Part shown: in pieces, positions 17,749 through 25,524 of the stretch
Layout of the letters: each line of letters begins with the position of its first letter
How positions within the stretch are numbered: position 1 is the first letter of the stretch
NCBI GenBank assembly: GCA_963797175.1
Contig: CAWCOL010000005.1
Span: 653,100-717,099 of the forward strand
Direction: 5' to 3'
DNA length: 64,000 nucleotides
Source: an uncultured Actinomycetes bacterium
GTDB lineage: Bacteria; Actinomycetota; Thermoleophilia; Gaiellales; JAICJC01
The notes under the pieces: model-generated
The model's input: the letters and a program-made list of their open reading frames with translations, nothing else
Database searches by the model: none
What the model was told of the DNA's origin: nothing
Position numbers and translations under genes: made by a program

Positions 17749-19268
17749 GTCCGCCGGTCGACCCAGGGGGTCTGGGCGCGGCGGTCTGCCATCGGGCGGC
17801 GCGGCGGCTGCGGCTTCCGCACCGAGTGCGCGACGCGGGGCGCTGCGACCCGGCCCGAGTCCGCCGCGACGGCCGGGCGGCCGGCGGCGACGAAGGGACC
17901 CGGCGCGATCGCCGACCCGCCGTGGTCGGCCCGGAGGGCCGCGCGCCGGTCGGCCTCGCGCTCGCGCGCCAGCGCGGAGCCGGCCATCCGCGACGCCAGC
18001 TCGTACGCGCGGCGGGCGCCGGCGGCGCTGTACACGAGCCGGCTGCCCGAGCGGCTGTCCTGCCACAGCGTCCCGTAGCCGTCCCAGGGAGCGTCGGCGA
18101 GCCGCTGGAACGCGACCGGGGCCCCGTGATGGGAGGCGACGACGACCACCCCGGCGCCGACGTACATGCCGACGTGGTACGGCTCCGGCGTGTGGGTGCC
18201 CATGAAGACGAGGTCGCCGGGCTGGAGGTTCTTGCGGGCGATCGGACGGGCCAGCTCCCACAGCACCGCGGCCGTGGGGCGTCCGGGCAGCGGGAACCCG
18301 GCCGCGCCGTAGGCGTAGTCGACGAGCCCGGAGCAGTCGAACCCGCCCTCGCTGCGGCTCTCGCCGCCCCAGATGTACGGCCATCCCACCTGCGCGGCGG
18401 CCGCCAGGATGACGGCGGCGCGGGCGCGGGTGGTGTTGGAGGCCGCGGCCAGGACGGGCGAGTGGACGACGCCGCCGAGCGGGTGCTGCCGCTGGTGCTG
18501 CGTCCGATGGTGCCGGTGCTGTCCGTGGTTGAACTTCCAGCCCGTGGTGGTGCCGCCCTGATGGTGGTGGGTCGTGTGCCCTGAGCCGGTGTGCACCGGG
18601 GTGGTCGGCGGCGGCTTCGTGCCGCCCGAGGGCGGGCCGGACGGCGCGCCGACGGCCGCACCCGCGTACCCCGCGTAGACGTCGGTGCCGGCGGGGATGC
18701 CGTCGTGATCCTGGGTGAGGTGCAGGTGCAGGGCGAAGCGGCCGTGCAGGTCGGGGGCGTCGCCGGTCCCCGGGCGCGTGAAGGATTCGCCCGCCGTGAG
18801 CACGCCCCAGTCGGCGACCGCGACCGGGCCCGCGCCCGGATCGGCCGGCGCGCCGAGGACGGTCACGCCCTGCACGTCCGAGGATCCGGTGACGCTCTGG
18901 GCCGACGTGACCGCCGTCTGGGCGGTGGCCGACGTCAGCGTGAGCTCGCCGCCGAACACGGACAGCGGGCCGACCTCGACCTGCGCCTGAGCTCCACCCG
19001 AGTCCGCCGCCACCGAGTCCTGCGAGGGGCCGACGGTGAGCGCCAGGCCCGAGATCCCGTCGGAGGTGATCGACGTCCCCGAGGACCCCGGTGCGCTCGC
19101 GGCGCCCAGCGTGGTGGTCGACCCGTCGGGCGCGACCACCTGGACGACGAACGCCGAGGAGGATGCGGTCGAGGTCGCGGCCGGTGCGGTGCCGGCGATG
19201 CAGGCGCACGCCGCGACAACGGCCACGAGGGCCGTGCCGGCACGCAGTTGTCGCGAGAATCCCCCCAT
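17730..19268 (-). CDS. secreted NlpC/P60 (C40) cell-wall peptidase with long N-terminal domain and His-rich linker
   Basis: The internal ATG at 19268 gives a signal-like MGGFSRQLRAGTALVAVVAACACIAGTAPA. The C-terminal WPYIWGGESRSEGGFDCSGLVDYAY...GDLVFMG...HVGMYVG is the NlpC/P60 catalytic core. Confidence 0.85.
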   Translation of the reverse strand: MGGFSRQLRAGTALVAVVAACACIAGTAPAATSTASSSAFVVQVVAPDGSTTTLGAASAPGSSGTSITSDGISGLALTVGPSQDSVAADSGGAQAQVEVGPLSVFGGELTLTSATAQTAVTSAQSVTGSSDVQGVTVLGAPADPGAGPVAVADWGVLTAGESFTRPGTGDAPDLHGRFALHLHLTQDHDGIPAGTDVYAGYAGAAVGAPSGPPSGGTKPPPTTPVHTGSGHTTHHHQGGTTTGWKFNHGQHRHHRTQHQRQHPLGGVVHSPVLAAASNTTRARAAVILAAAAQVGWPYIWGGESRSEGGFDCSGLVDYAYGAAGFPLPGRPTAAVLWELARPIARKNLQPGDLVFMGTHTPEPYHVGMYVGAGVVVVASHHGAPVAFQRLADAPWDGYGTLWQDSRSGSRLVYSAAGARRAYELASRMAGSALAREREADRRAALRADHGGSAIAPGPFVAAGRPAVAADSGRVAAPRVAHSVRKPQPPRRPMADRRAQTPWVDRRTQPLDD

Positions 19269-19421
19269 AAAGGCTCGGAGCGTGCGAAGACTACACAGAC
19301 GGCCCGCGGACGTCACCCCCTGGTGTCGCGCTTCACAACTCTTTCACAGGGGCGAAACCGACGCGCCACCCGGGCGAGTGGTACGGTCTACAGTCGACTA
19401 TCAACAACACGGGGGTGGATC

Positions 19422-20441
19422 GTGCGCGTGCGAGTCTTTGCGGCCGTGCTCCTGGCCGCGTTGGTGATGGTGGGAGCGACGGCCCAGGCGGCTCCGTCCC
19501 ACCGGGCGACCGGGGGGCCGGCCGCGGCCGAGGGCGTGCCGTCCTTCGGCCATGTGTTCCTGATTATCGGCGAGAACACGACCTACGGCGAGCTGACGCC
19601 CAAGCTGGCGCCCTACCAGCTCGGAACGCTCCGGCCCGAGTCGGCCTGGCTGACGACGTACTTCGGTGTCAACCACGACTCGCTGTCGAACTACGTGGCG
19701 CTGACCTCCGGCCAGTACACGCCGTGCGAGCAGAACGACAATCCGCCGGCGAAGTGCCACCAGAAGACCGACAACCTGTTCAGCCAGCTCGGCCGCGCCG
19801 GGCTGACGTGGCAGAGCTGGATGGAGTCCGCCAAGGGTCCCTGCGACCTGAAGGACTCCGGCTCCGACGCCGCGCTGAACAAGTACCGGGTCAAGCACAA
19901 CCCGGCGATCTACTACGACAAGGTCGAGGGCAAGAACAAGGTCTTCTCGGAGACCGACAAGTCGGCCCAGTGCCTCAACAACGACCTGCCGATGGGCAGC
20001 ACCGCGCCCAACGACACGTCCGCGTTCGACAACGCCCTCGCGAACGGTGACGTCGCGAACTTCAACCTGGTCGTCCCCAACGAGTGCGAGGACGCCCACG
20101 ACGGCTGCCCGCCGCGCGGCGAGGGTGGCAACCGGCTGAAGCAGTTCGACGCGTTCCTGGCGCGGGAGATCCCGCTGATCCAGTCCTCGCCGGCGTACGG
20201 CGATGACGGCGTCATCATCGTTACGTACGACGAGGCCGACGCCGAGGGTCACGACGGCGATCCCAACTACGGCGGCGGCAACGTCCCGTACGCGGTGATC
20301 AGCCCGCTGGTGCAGCCGGGCCAGTACGCCGGCCTGACCAACCATTACAGCACGCTGCGGATGCTCGAGGACGCCTTCGGCCTCGACAAGTACCTGCACG
20401 GCGCTGCCACGGCGAACCAGATCCCCGCGATCTGGCGCTGA
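19422..20441 (+). CDS. secreted phosphoesterase-family protein (acid phosphatase / phospholipase C-like)
   Basis: GTG at 19422 after GGGGGTGG. Signal VRVRVFAAVLLAALVMVGATAQA. Motifs FGHVFLIIGENTTY, NYVALTSGQ, and VIIVTYDEAD...HY near the end. Confidence 0.8.
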   Translation: MRVRVFAAVLLAALVMVGATAQAAPSHRATGGPAAAEGVPSFGHVFLIIGENTTYGELTPKLAPYQLGTLRPESAWLTTYFGVNHDSLSNYVALTSGQYTPCEQNDNPPAKCHQKTDNLFSQLGRAGLTWQSWMESAKGPCDLKDSGSDAALNKYRVKHNPAIYYDKVEGKNKVFSETDKSAQCLNNDLPMGSTAPNDTSAFDNALANGDVANFNLVVPNECEDAHDGCPPRGEGGNRLKQFDAFLAREIPLIQSSPAYGDDGVIIVTYDEADAEGHDGDPNYGGGNVPYAVISPLVQPGQYAGLTNHYSTLRMLEDAFGLDKYLHGAATANQIPAIWR

Positions 20442-20451
20442 ACCGATGAGT

Positions 20452-20482
20452 GCGCCCCGCCGGCCACCGGCCGGCGGGGCGC
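20452..20482 (+). terminator. GC-rich stem-loop downstream of the phosphoesterase gene
   Basis: Perfect 12-bp stem gcgccccgccgg / ccggcggggcgc, 11 nt after the stop at 20441. There is no clear U-tract. Confidence 0.45.
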
Positions 20483-20501
20483 TCGACCGTGGCGGCCATG
20501 T

Positions 20502-20721
20502 GGGGTCTGGCGCGGGGTCTGGCACCGTGCCAGACCCCGATCACAGCCGATCCGGCGCTCCGTGACGTTCCAGGGTGGAAGACGTGACGGAGTCGGGGCA
20601 GGCAGTTTCCCGTCAACCAGGCCGAAACCAGAGGGTGCCCGGTACGGTGTCCGGCACGGTACCGGACACCAAACACAACCGATCCGCAGTTCCGTCACGG
20701 TCAGTTGACGAAGCCGTGACG
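20502..20721. other. hairpin-rich block in convergent intergenic region
   Basis: Hairpins at 20514-20538 (11-bp stem), 20646-20670 (9-bp stem) and 20692-20721 (cgtcacgg/ccgtgacg). The 20646-20670 hairpin competes with an alternative ccggtac/gtaccgg helix. The direct repeat ggggtctgg occurs twice, and there are repeated CGTGACG motifs. Confidence 0.4.
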
Positions 20722-20757
20722 CAACCGTCAGGAGCCAACCACGGCCCCGAACGCAGG

Positions 20758-20795
20758 CCGAGGCGGCCCGGCGCGCAGGCGCCGGGCCGCCTCGG
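20758..20795 (-). terminator. stem-loop terminator candidate for the peroxiredoxin gene
   Basis: Perfect 17-bp stem ccgaggcggcccggcgc / gcgccgggccgcctcgg with a 4-nt loop, 8 nt downstream of the minus-strand stop at 20803. Confidence 0.6.
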
Positions 20796-20802
20796 TGCTC
20801 GA

Positions 20803-21462
20803 TCAGCGCGGCGACGGGACGATGCGGATGTACGGCCGCGGCGACTCCCACCCGTCCGGGTAGGTCTCGCGCGCTGCCTCGTCCGACACCGAGCCGGCGA
20901 TGATCACGTCCTCGCCCTGCTTCCAGTTGACCGGGGTGGCAACCTTGTGCTCCGCGGTCAGCTGGAGCGAGTCGATCACCCGCAGCACCTCGTCGAAGTT
21001 GCGCCCGGTGGTCATCGGGTAGACGAGGATCAGCTTGATCTTCTTGTCAGGGCCGACGACGAACACGTTGCGCACCGTCTGGTTGTCGGCGGGCGTGCGC
21101 GACGTCGGGTCGCCCTCGACGTCAGACGCGAGCATCCCGTACGCCTTGGCGACGGCGAAGTCGCTGTCGGCGATGATCGGGTAGTTGGGCGCCGTGCCCT
21201 GCGTCTCGGCGATGTCCTCGGCCCACTTGGCGTGGTTCTCGATGGGATCCACCGACAGGCCGATCACCTTCACGTTGCGCCGGTCGAAGTCCGGCTTGAT
21301 CTTCGCCATGTAGCCGAGCTCCGTCGTGCATACGGGCGTGAAGTTCCGGGGGTGCGAGAACAGCACCGCCCACGAGTCGCCGATCCAGTCGTGAAAGTGG
21401 ATCGTTCCCTCGGTGGTCTCCGCCTCGAAGTCGGGCGCGGTGTCACCGATCTGCAGCGTCAT
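20803..21462 (-). CDS. 1-Cys peroxiredoxin (Prx6-type)
   Basis: 219-aa ORF MTLQIGDTAPDFEAETTEG...FSHPRNFTPVCTTELG. It has a single peroxidatic Cys motif PVCTTE and is of typical length. Confidence 0.9.
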   Translation of the reverse strand: MTLQIGDTAPDFEAETTEGTIHFHDWIGDSWAVLFSHPRNFTPVCTTELGYMAKIKPDFDRRNVKVIGLSVDPIENHAKWAEDIAETQGTAPNYPIIADSDFAVAKAYGMLASDVEGDPTSRTPADNQTVRNVFVVGPDKKIKLILVYPMTTGRNFDEVLRVIDSLQLTAEHKVATPVNWKQGEDVIIAGSVSDEAARETYPDGWESPRPYIRIVPSPR

Positions 21463-21522
21463 GTCTTCCTCCTTGGGCCGGCGGAGCGCCGCCGGCGACG
21501 ATCATCAGATACGTGTCGGGAA

Positions 21523-21595
21523 TGGAGCTAACCGGGCTCGAACCGGTGACCTTCGCGCTGCCAGCGCGACGCTCTCCCAACTGAGCTATAGCCCC
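21523..21595 (-). tRNA. tRNA-Ala (anticodon GGC)
   Basis: The reverse complement GGGGCTATAGCTCAGTTGGGAGAGCGTCGCGCTGGCAGCGCGAAGGTCACCGGTTCGAGCCCGGTTAGCTCCA folds as a cloverleaf. It has the G3:U70 Ala identity pair and the anticodon loop CTGGCAG. CCA is not encoded. Confidence 0.9.
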
Positions 21596-21633
21596 ATACG
21601 GGGCTGAGTATAGCCTCGCCGGTTCTGCGCCGA

Positions 21634-22185
21634 TCACGCCCGGGGGACGACGCTGCTGACCGGATGGACGGCCATCCCCCGCGGCTCGGCGAGCCGCTCC
21701 AGGACGAGCGCGGTGTCCGCCACGGCGACGCCCGAAAGGTGCTGGTCGCGGCCCTCGAAGTCCGCGACGATCGCGCCCAGGGCGGTCGCGTACGCCATGC
21801 CGTCGCCGTCGGCCAACGCGGCGAGCGCGCGGCCGGTGCGCTCGAACGCGCCGCCCGCCGCCACCATCGCCTCCACATTGGGCCGTCCGCCCAGCACGAC
21901 CTGCGCCAGGGCGGCCGCGTACGCGGCCGCGGCGCTCCCGTCCGCGCCGCCGGTCTCCTCCACCGCCTGCCGCGCGATCGCGGGCGCCCCGTCCCCGGCC
22001 AGGATCGCCATCTTGAGGGCGCCGATCAACCTGCCCCAGCTCTGCGGGCCGGTCTCCGCGTGAGAGGCGAGGTACGCGTCGCGGGCCGCGGCGAACGCAG
22101 CGTCGTCCGCTTCGCCCGCCAGCGCTCCGCGCAGCGCCTCGTGCTCGGCGGCGAGCGCGGCAGCGAGGTGCGCGCCCGCGCTCAC
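21634..22185 (-). CDS. hypothetical Ala-rich protein
   Basis: 183-aa ORF whose start overlaps the upstream gene's stop at 22182-22185. No family recognised. Confidence 0.55.
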   Translation of the reverse strand: MSAGAHLAAALAAEHEALRGALAGEADDAAFAAARDAYLASHAETGPQSWGRLIGALKMAILAGDGAPAIARQAVEETGGADGSAAAAYAAALAQVVLGGRPNVEAMVAAGGAFERTGRALAALADGDGMAYATALGAIVADFEGRDQHLSGVAVADTALVLERLAEPRGMAVHPVSSVVPRA

Positions 22186-22532
22186 GGCAGCGGCCTCCGC
22201 CCCGCGAACCCGTCCTCGGGCCCGTGCCAGAACCCGATCCGCTCCTCGCCCACGTGCCAGCAGAGCAGCGCGTCCTGCCCCTCCACCTGGGACGGGAAGT
22301 CGAGCAGCCCCCGCTCGGGATCCTTCACCTGGACGCCGTGCGACGTGATCTCCTCGACAATCGACCCCACCTCCGCCGACAGGGCCTCCAGCCGCTCGCG
22401 CAGCCCCTCCGCGTCGCGCTTCTCCAGGCCGCCGCCGTTCGAGCCGATCGCGATCACGATCCGCTGCCAGCGCGTCCGTAGCGGCCGCATCCGCGTTGCC
22501 AGCTCGACCATCTGCTCGGCCAGCTCCCGCAA
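22182..22532 (-). CDS. DUF2203-family protein (N-terminus probably extends upstream)
   Basis: 116-aa ORF ending ...ALLCWHVGEERIGFWHGPEDGFAGRRPLP, typical of DUF2203. The in-frame upstream codons read RRFTLDEAEALLDAE with no ATG/GTG/TTG. A CTG at 22583 is a possible start. Confidence 0.7.
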   Translation of the reverse strand: MRELAEQMVELATRMRPLRTRWQRIVIAIGSNGGGLEKRDAEGLRERLEALSAEVGSIVEEITSHGVQVKDPERGLLDFPSQVEGQDALLCWHVGEERIGFWHGPEDGFAGRRPLP

Positions 22533-22575
22533 CTCGGCGTCGAGCAGCGCCTCGGCCTCGTCGAGCGTGAACCGC

Positions 22576-22845
22576 CTATCCAGCGTAGGCCTCGCTGGGG
22601 ACCTCGCCCCACAGCGATTCGAGCCGGTAGAAGTTGCGCGCCTCGGGGGTGAAGACGTGGACGACGACGTCGAGAAAGTCGAGCAGGATCCAGTCCCCCG
22701 TGGCCTGGCCGTCGATGCCCGCGGGCAGCACGCGGTCGTCCTTCTTCAGCCGCTCGCGGATGTCCTCCGCGATCGTCTGGGTCTGCCGCGGGTTCCGCCC
22801 CGAGCAGATCACGAAGTAATCGGTGTAGCTCACCACGTCTCGCAT
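22576..22845 (-). CDS. rsfS: ribosomal silencing factor RsfS (iojap); conserved N-terminus lies upstream of the first canonical start
   Basis: The ORF reads MRDVVSYTDYFVICSGRNPRQTQTIAEDI...FYRLESLWG. In-frame upstream codons encode LAHRIAAIASDKLAGDIVILD, the conserved RsfS N-terminus, with only a CTG (22956) available as a start. Confidence 0.85.
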   Translation of the reverse strand: MRDVVSYTDYFVICSGRNPRQTQTIAEDIRERLKKDDRVLPAGIDGQATGDWILLDFLDVVVHVFTPEARNFYRLESLWGEVPSEAYAG

Positions 22846-22960
22846 GTCGAGGATGACGATGTCGCCCGCCAGCTTGTCGCTGGCGATGGCCGCGATCCGG
22901 TGTGCGAGCTGGGTTGTGTCGTTCAGACGATCGGCTCCCGTCGGTTTCGCGCTCAGGGTA

Positions 22961-23521
22961 TCACGGCTCCTGCGCGTAGAGCCGCTCGCGCTCGATCACG
23001 TCGAGCACGGGATCGGGGATGAGGTGGCGCACCGGATGGCGCTTCGCGATCCGCCGCCGGATCTCGGTGGACGAGACGTCGAGCAGCGGGCTGGTCAGCA
23101 CCACGTCGGCACCCGCCGGCGGGATCGCGCGCGGCCTGCCGGCCACCGCCAGCGTCGCCAGCACGCGGATCCGCTGCGGGCGGTGCCAGCGGTCGAAGGT
23201 GGCCAGCTGGTCGGCGCCGATCACCAGGAACAGCTCGGTGCCGGGCTCCGACAGCGCCTCCAGCGTGTCCACCGTGTAGCTCGGCCCCTCTCGCTCCAGC
23301 TCGATCCGGCTGACCTCCGTCGCGGGCTCGCCCGCGAACGCGGCCGCGGTCATCGCCCACCGCGTCTCCGGCGGCACGGCCGAGGGGTCGCGGTGCGGCG
23401 GGATCGCCGCGGGCACGACCAGCAGGCGGTCGAGCCCGAGCCGGAACCGCGCCTCCTGCGCGATCACCAGGTGGCCGACGTGGGGCGGGTCGAACTCGCC
23501 GCCGAACACTCCGAGCTTCAC
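22961..23521 (-). CDS. nadD: nicotinate-nucleotide adenylyltransferase
   Basis: The GTG at 23521 overlaps the obg stop (GTGA). VKLGVFGGEFDPPHVGHLVIAQEA... carries the (H/T)xGH nucleotidyltransferase motif. 186 aa. Confidence 0.9.
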   Translation of the reverse strand: MKLGVFGGEFDPPHVGHLVIAQEARFRLGLDRLLVVPAAIPPHRDPSAVPPETRWAMTAAAFAGEPATEVSRIELEREGPSYTVDTLEALSEPGTELFLVIGADQLATFDRWHRPQRIRVLATLAVAGRPRAIPPAGADVVLTSPLLDVSSTEIRRRIAKRHPVRHLIPDPVLDVIERERLYAQEP

Positions 23522-24811
23522 GAGGCCTCCCGTTCGCGCGGGCCGAACGTGAGCCGGTGCATCCCGACCAGGATGTCGTCGCCGGGGCGGGCGCCGGCCT
23601 GGCGCAGCGCGTCCTCGGCGCCCAGCCGCTCGAGCTCGGCCGCGAGCCGCGCCACCGAGCCCGGATCCTCCGGATCGAGGCCCGCCGCCAGCGCCTCGAC
23701 CGTCCGGCCGCCGATCCGCAGCGTCCCGTCGTCGCGGAGCAGCCGGAAGCGGCGGCGGTCGGGCGGCTGCGGCCGGTAGACCATGAAGTCGGCCAGCTCG
23801 TCGGTCTCGGTCAGCGCGTGCGACACCTCGGGCGCTGCCGGCACGCGGGTGAACAGCTCGGCGACGAGCTCCTCGATGCCCTCGCCGGTCGCGCTCGAGC
23901 AGACCAGGTCGGCGCCGATCGCCTCGCACATCGCGGCGCGTTCGGACGCCGGCACCAGATCGGCCTTGGAGAGGACGATCAGCTGGGGCCGCTCGGCCAG
24001 CCCGCCGCCGTGCAGCGCCAGCTCGCGGTCGATCGTGTCCCGGCCGCTTCGGGTCTGCTCGGGGCCGGCGTCCGCCTCGACCAGGTGGATCAGCAGCCGC
24101 GCGCGCTCCAGGTGCGCCAGGAACGCGTCGCCCAGGCCGACACCGCTGCTGGCGCCCTCGAGCAGCCCGGGCACGTCGGCGACCGTCAGCTGGGCGCCGT
24201 CCGGGCCCTCGACCGTCCCCAGCACCGGCTCGATCGTGGTGAACGGGTAGTCCGCCACCTTGGGCCGCGCGTTCGAGATCCGCCGCAGCAGGGACGACTT
24301 GCCGGCGTTGGGGAAGCCGAGCAGCGCCGCATCGGCGACCAGCTTCAGCCGCAGCTCCAGCCAGCAGGTCCTCCCCGGTCTCGCCCACCTCGGCGATGGT
24401 CGGGGCGCGGTGCGCCGCGGTCGCGTAGCGCCGGTTGCCGCCGCCGCCCTCGCCGCCGCGGGCCACGTCCATCGCCGCGCCGGCGTGCGCCAGGTCGGCC
24501 AGCAGCCGCTGCTCGTCCCGCAGCCAGACCTGCGTCCCGATCGGCACCGCGATCGTGAGGTCCTCGCCGCGGCGGCCGTCCTTGCCTGACCCCTGGCCGT
24601 GCCGGCCCCGCTGGGCGTGGAAGTGCGAGGCGTGGCGGAACTTCGAGAGGTCGCGCAGCTGCGCGGTCGCGACGATGCTCACGGTGCCGCCGTCGCCGCC
24701 GTCGCCGCCGTTCGGCCCGCCCCGCGGGACATACTTCTCGCGCCGGAAGCTGACGCAGCCGTCACCGCCGCGACCGCCCTGGACGTTGATCGTTGCGCGG
24801 TCGGAGAACAC
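23518..24811 (-). CDS. obgE: GTPase Obg/CgtA, reading frame broken once near 24361
   Basis: The N-terminal Obg fold (MFSDRATINVQGGRGGDGCVSFRREKYVPRGGPNGGDGG...) is in the 24811 frame. LELRLKLVADAALLGFPNAGKSSLLRRISNARPKVADYPFTT and the rest of the G domain are in the 24258 frame. The junction reads ctgctgGctggag. Confidence 0.85.
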
Positions 24812-24829
24812 CGCGGGAGACGCGTCCGC

Positions 24830-25087
24830 TCAGACGGCGACGGTACGCACGTTGACGTACCGGCGGCCGTTGCGCCGCGTGAACTCGACCGTCCCGGCCG
24901 TGGTCGCGAACAGGGTGTCGTCGCTGCCCAGGCTGGCGCCGACGCCCGGGTAGAACCGGGTGCCGCGCTGGCGGACGATGATCGAGCCGGCGGTCACGTC
25001 CTGCCCGGCGAACACCTTCACGCCGAGCCGCTGCGCGTGGGAGTCGCGGCCGTTCTTCGACGAGCCGAGGCCCTTCTTATGCGCCAT
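24830..25087 (-). CDS. rpmA: 50S ribosomal protein L27
   Basis: [29 protein letters not shown]... is canonical L27. Confidence 0.95.
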   Translation of the reverse strand: MAHKKGLGSSKNGRDSHAQRLGVKVFAGQDVTAGSIIVRQRGTRFYPGVGASLGSDDTLFATTAGTVEFTRRNGRRYVNVRTVAV

Positions 25088-25448
25088 CCGTCGTCGCCTC
25101 CTCCGTCTCCGCGGCGGCCTTCTTGCGAGGAGCCCGGGGCTTCTTGGCCGCGCCGATGCTCGCCACCTTGATGCGTGACAGCTCGGAGCGGTGGCCGCGG
25201 GTGCGCTTGTAGCCGCTCTTGGGCTTGAACTTGAATACCTTCAGCTTGGTGCCGCGCAGGTGCTCGACCACCTCGACCGAGACCGTCCCGGCCAGCTTGT
25301 CGCGATCGGTGACGACGGCGTCGCCGCCGGTCAGCAGCACCTCGGGCTGGAAGCTCTTGCCCGGCTCCACGGCTTGGCGATCGACCAGGAGCGTCTGCCC
25401 CTGCTCGACCTTGTACTGCTTCCCACCGACCTTGATCACGGCATACAT
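25077..25448 (-). CDS. rplU: 50S ribosomal protein L21
   Basis: [23 protein letters not shown]... is canonical L21, with a Lys/Ala-rich tail. It overlaps the rpmA start by 11 nt. Confidence 0.95.
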   Translation of the reverse strand: MYAVIKVGGKQYKVEQGQTLLVDRQAVEPGKSFQPEVLLTGGDAVVTDRDKLAGTVSVEVVEHLRGTKLKVFKFKPKSGYKRTRGHRSELSRIKVASIGAAKKPRAPRKKAAAETEEATTDGA

Positions 25449-25478
25449 CTGTGAGCGAACCTTTCCACGGCAAACGAG

Positions 25479-25496
25479 CGCCCGCTTGCGCGGGCG
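25479..25496 (-). terminator. short stem-loop between rne and rplU
   Basis: Stem cgcccgc/gcgggcg with a 4-nt loop, followed on the minus strand by ctcgtttg. It lies 29 nt downstream of the rne stop. Confidence 0.4.
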
Positions 25497-25524
25497 ACCG
25501 CAAGAATAGCAGAGGGCGACGGGA

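Noticed and set aside
16123-19209. Very long composite ORFs: 16123..19209, 7645..11085, 9573..11501, 22961..24811, 48502..51963, 34427..36454 and 44905..46254
   Set aside because: Each is a real gene at its 3' end, extended upstream through neighbouring genes or other frames because stops are rare at this GC content. The upstream parts translate to Arg/Pro/Ala/Gly-rich sequence with no family resemblance. Internal starts with signal peptides, RBS or stop-start overlaps were used instead.
19269-19421. Possible ydaO-type cyclic-di-AMP riboswitch in the 5' leader of the NlpC/P60 gene, a common location in Actinobacteria
   Set aside because: Reading the minus strand, I found only a weak GGGGUGACGUCC resemblance. 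The other conserved blocks that I remember (GGGGACCCA, CCGAACCCG.CAGCUAACC) are missing. A covariance-model scan would be decisive.
24340-24380. Programmed ribosomal frameshifting at the obg, valS, folC and other breaks
   Set aside because: None of the junctions has a slippery X XXY YYZ heptamer or a prfB-like SD-plus-stop arrangement. The sites are heterogeneous and look like homopolymer length errors.
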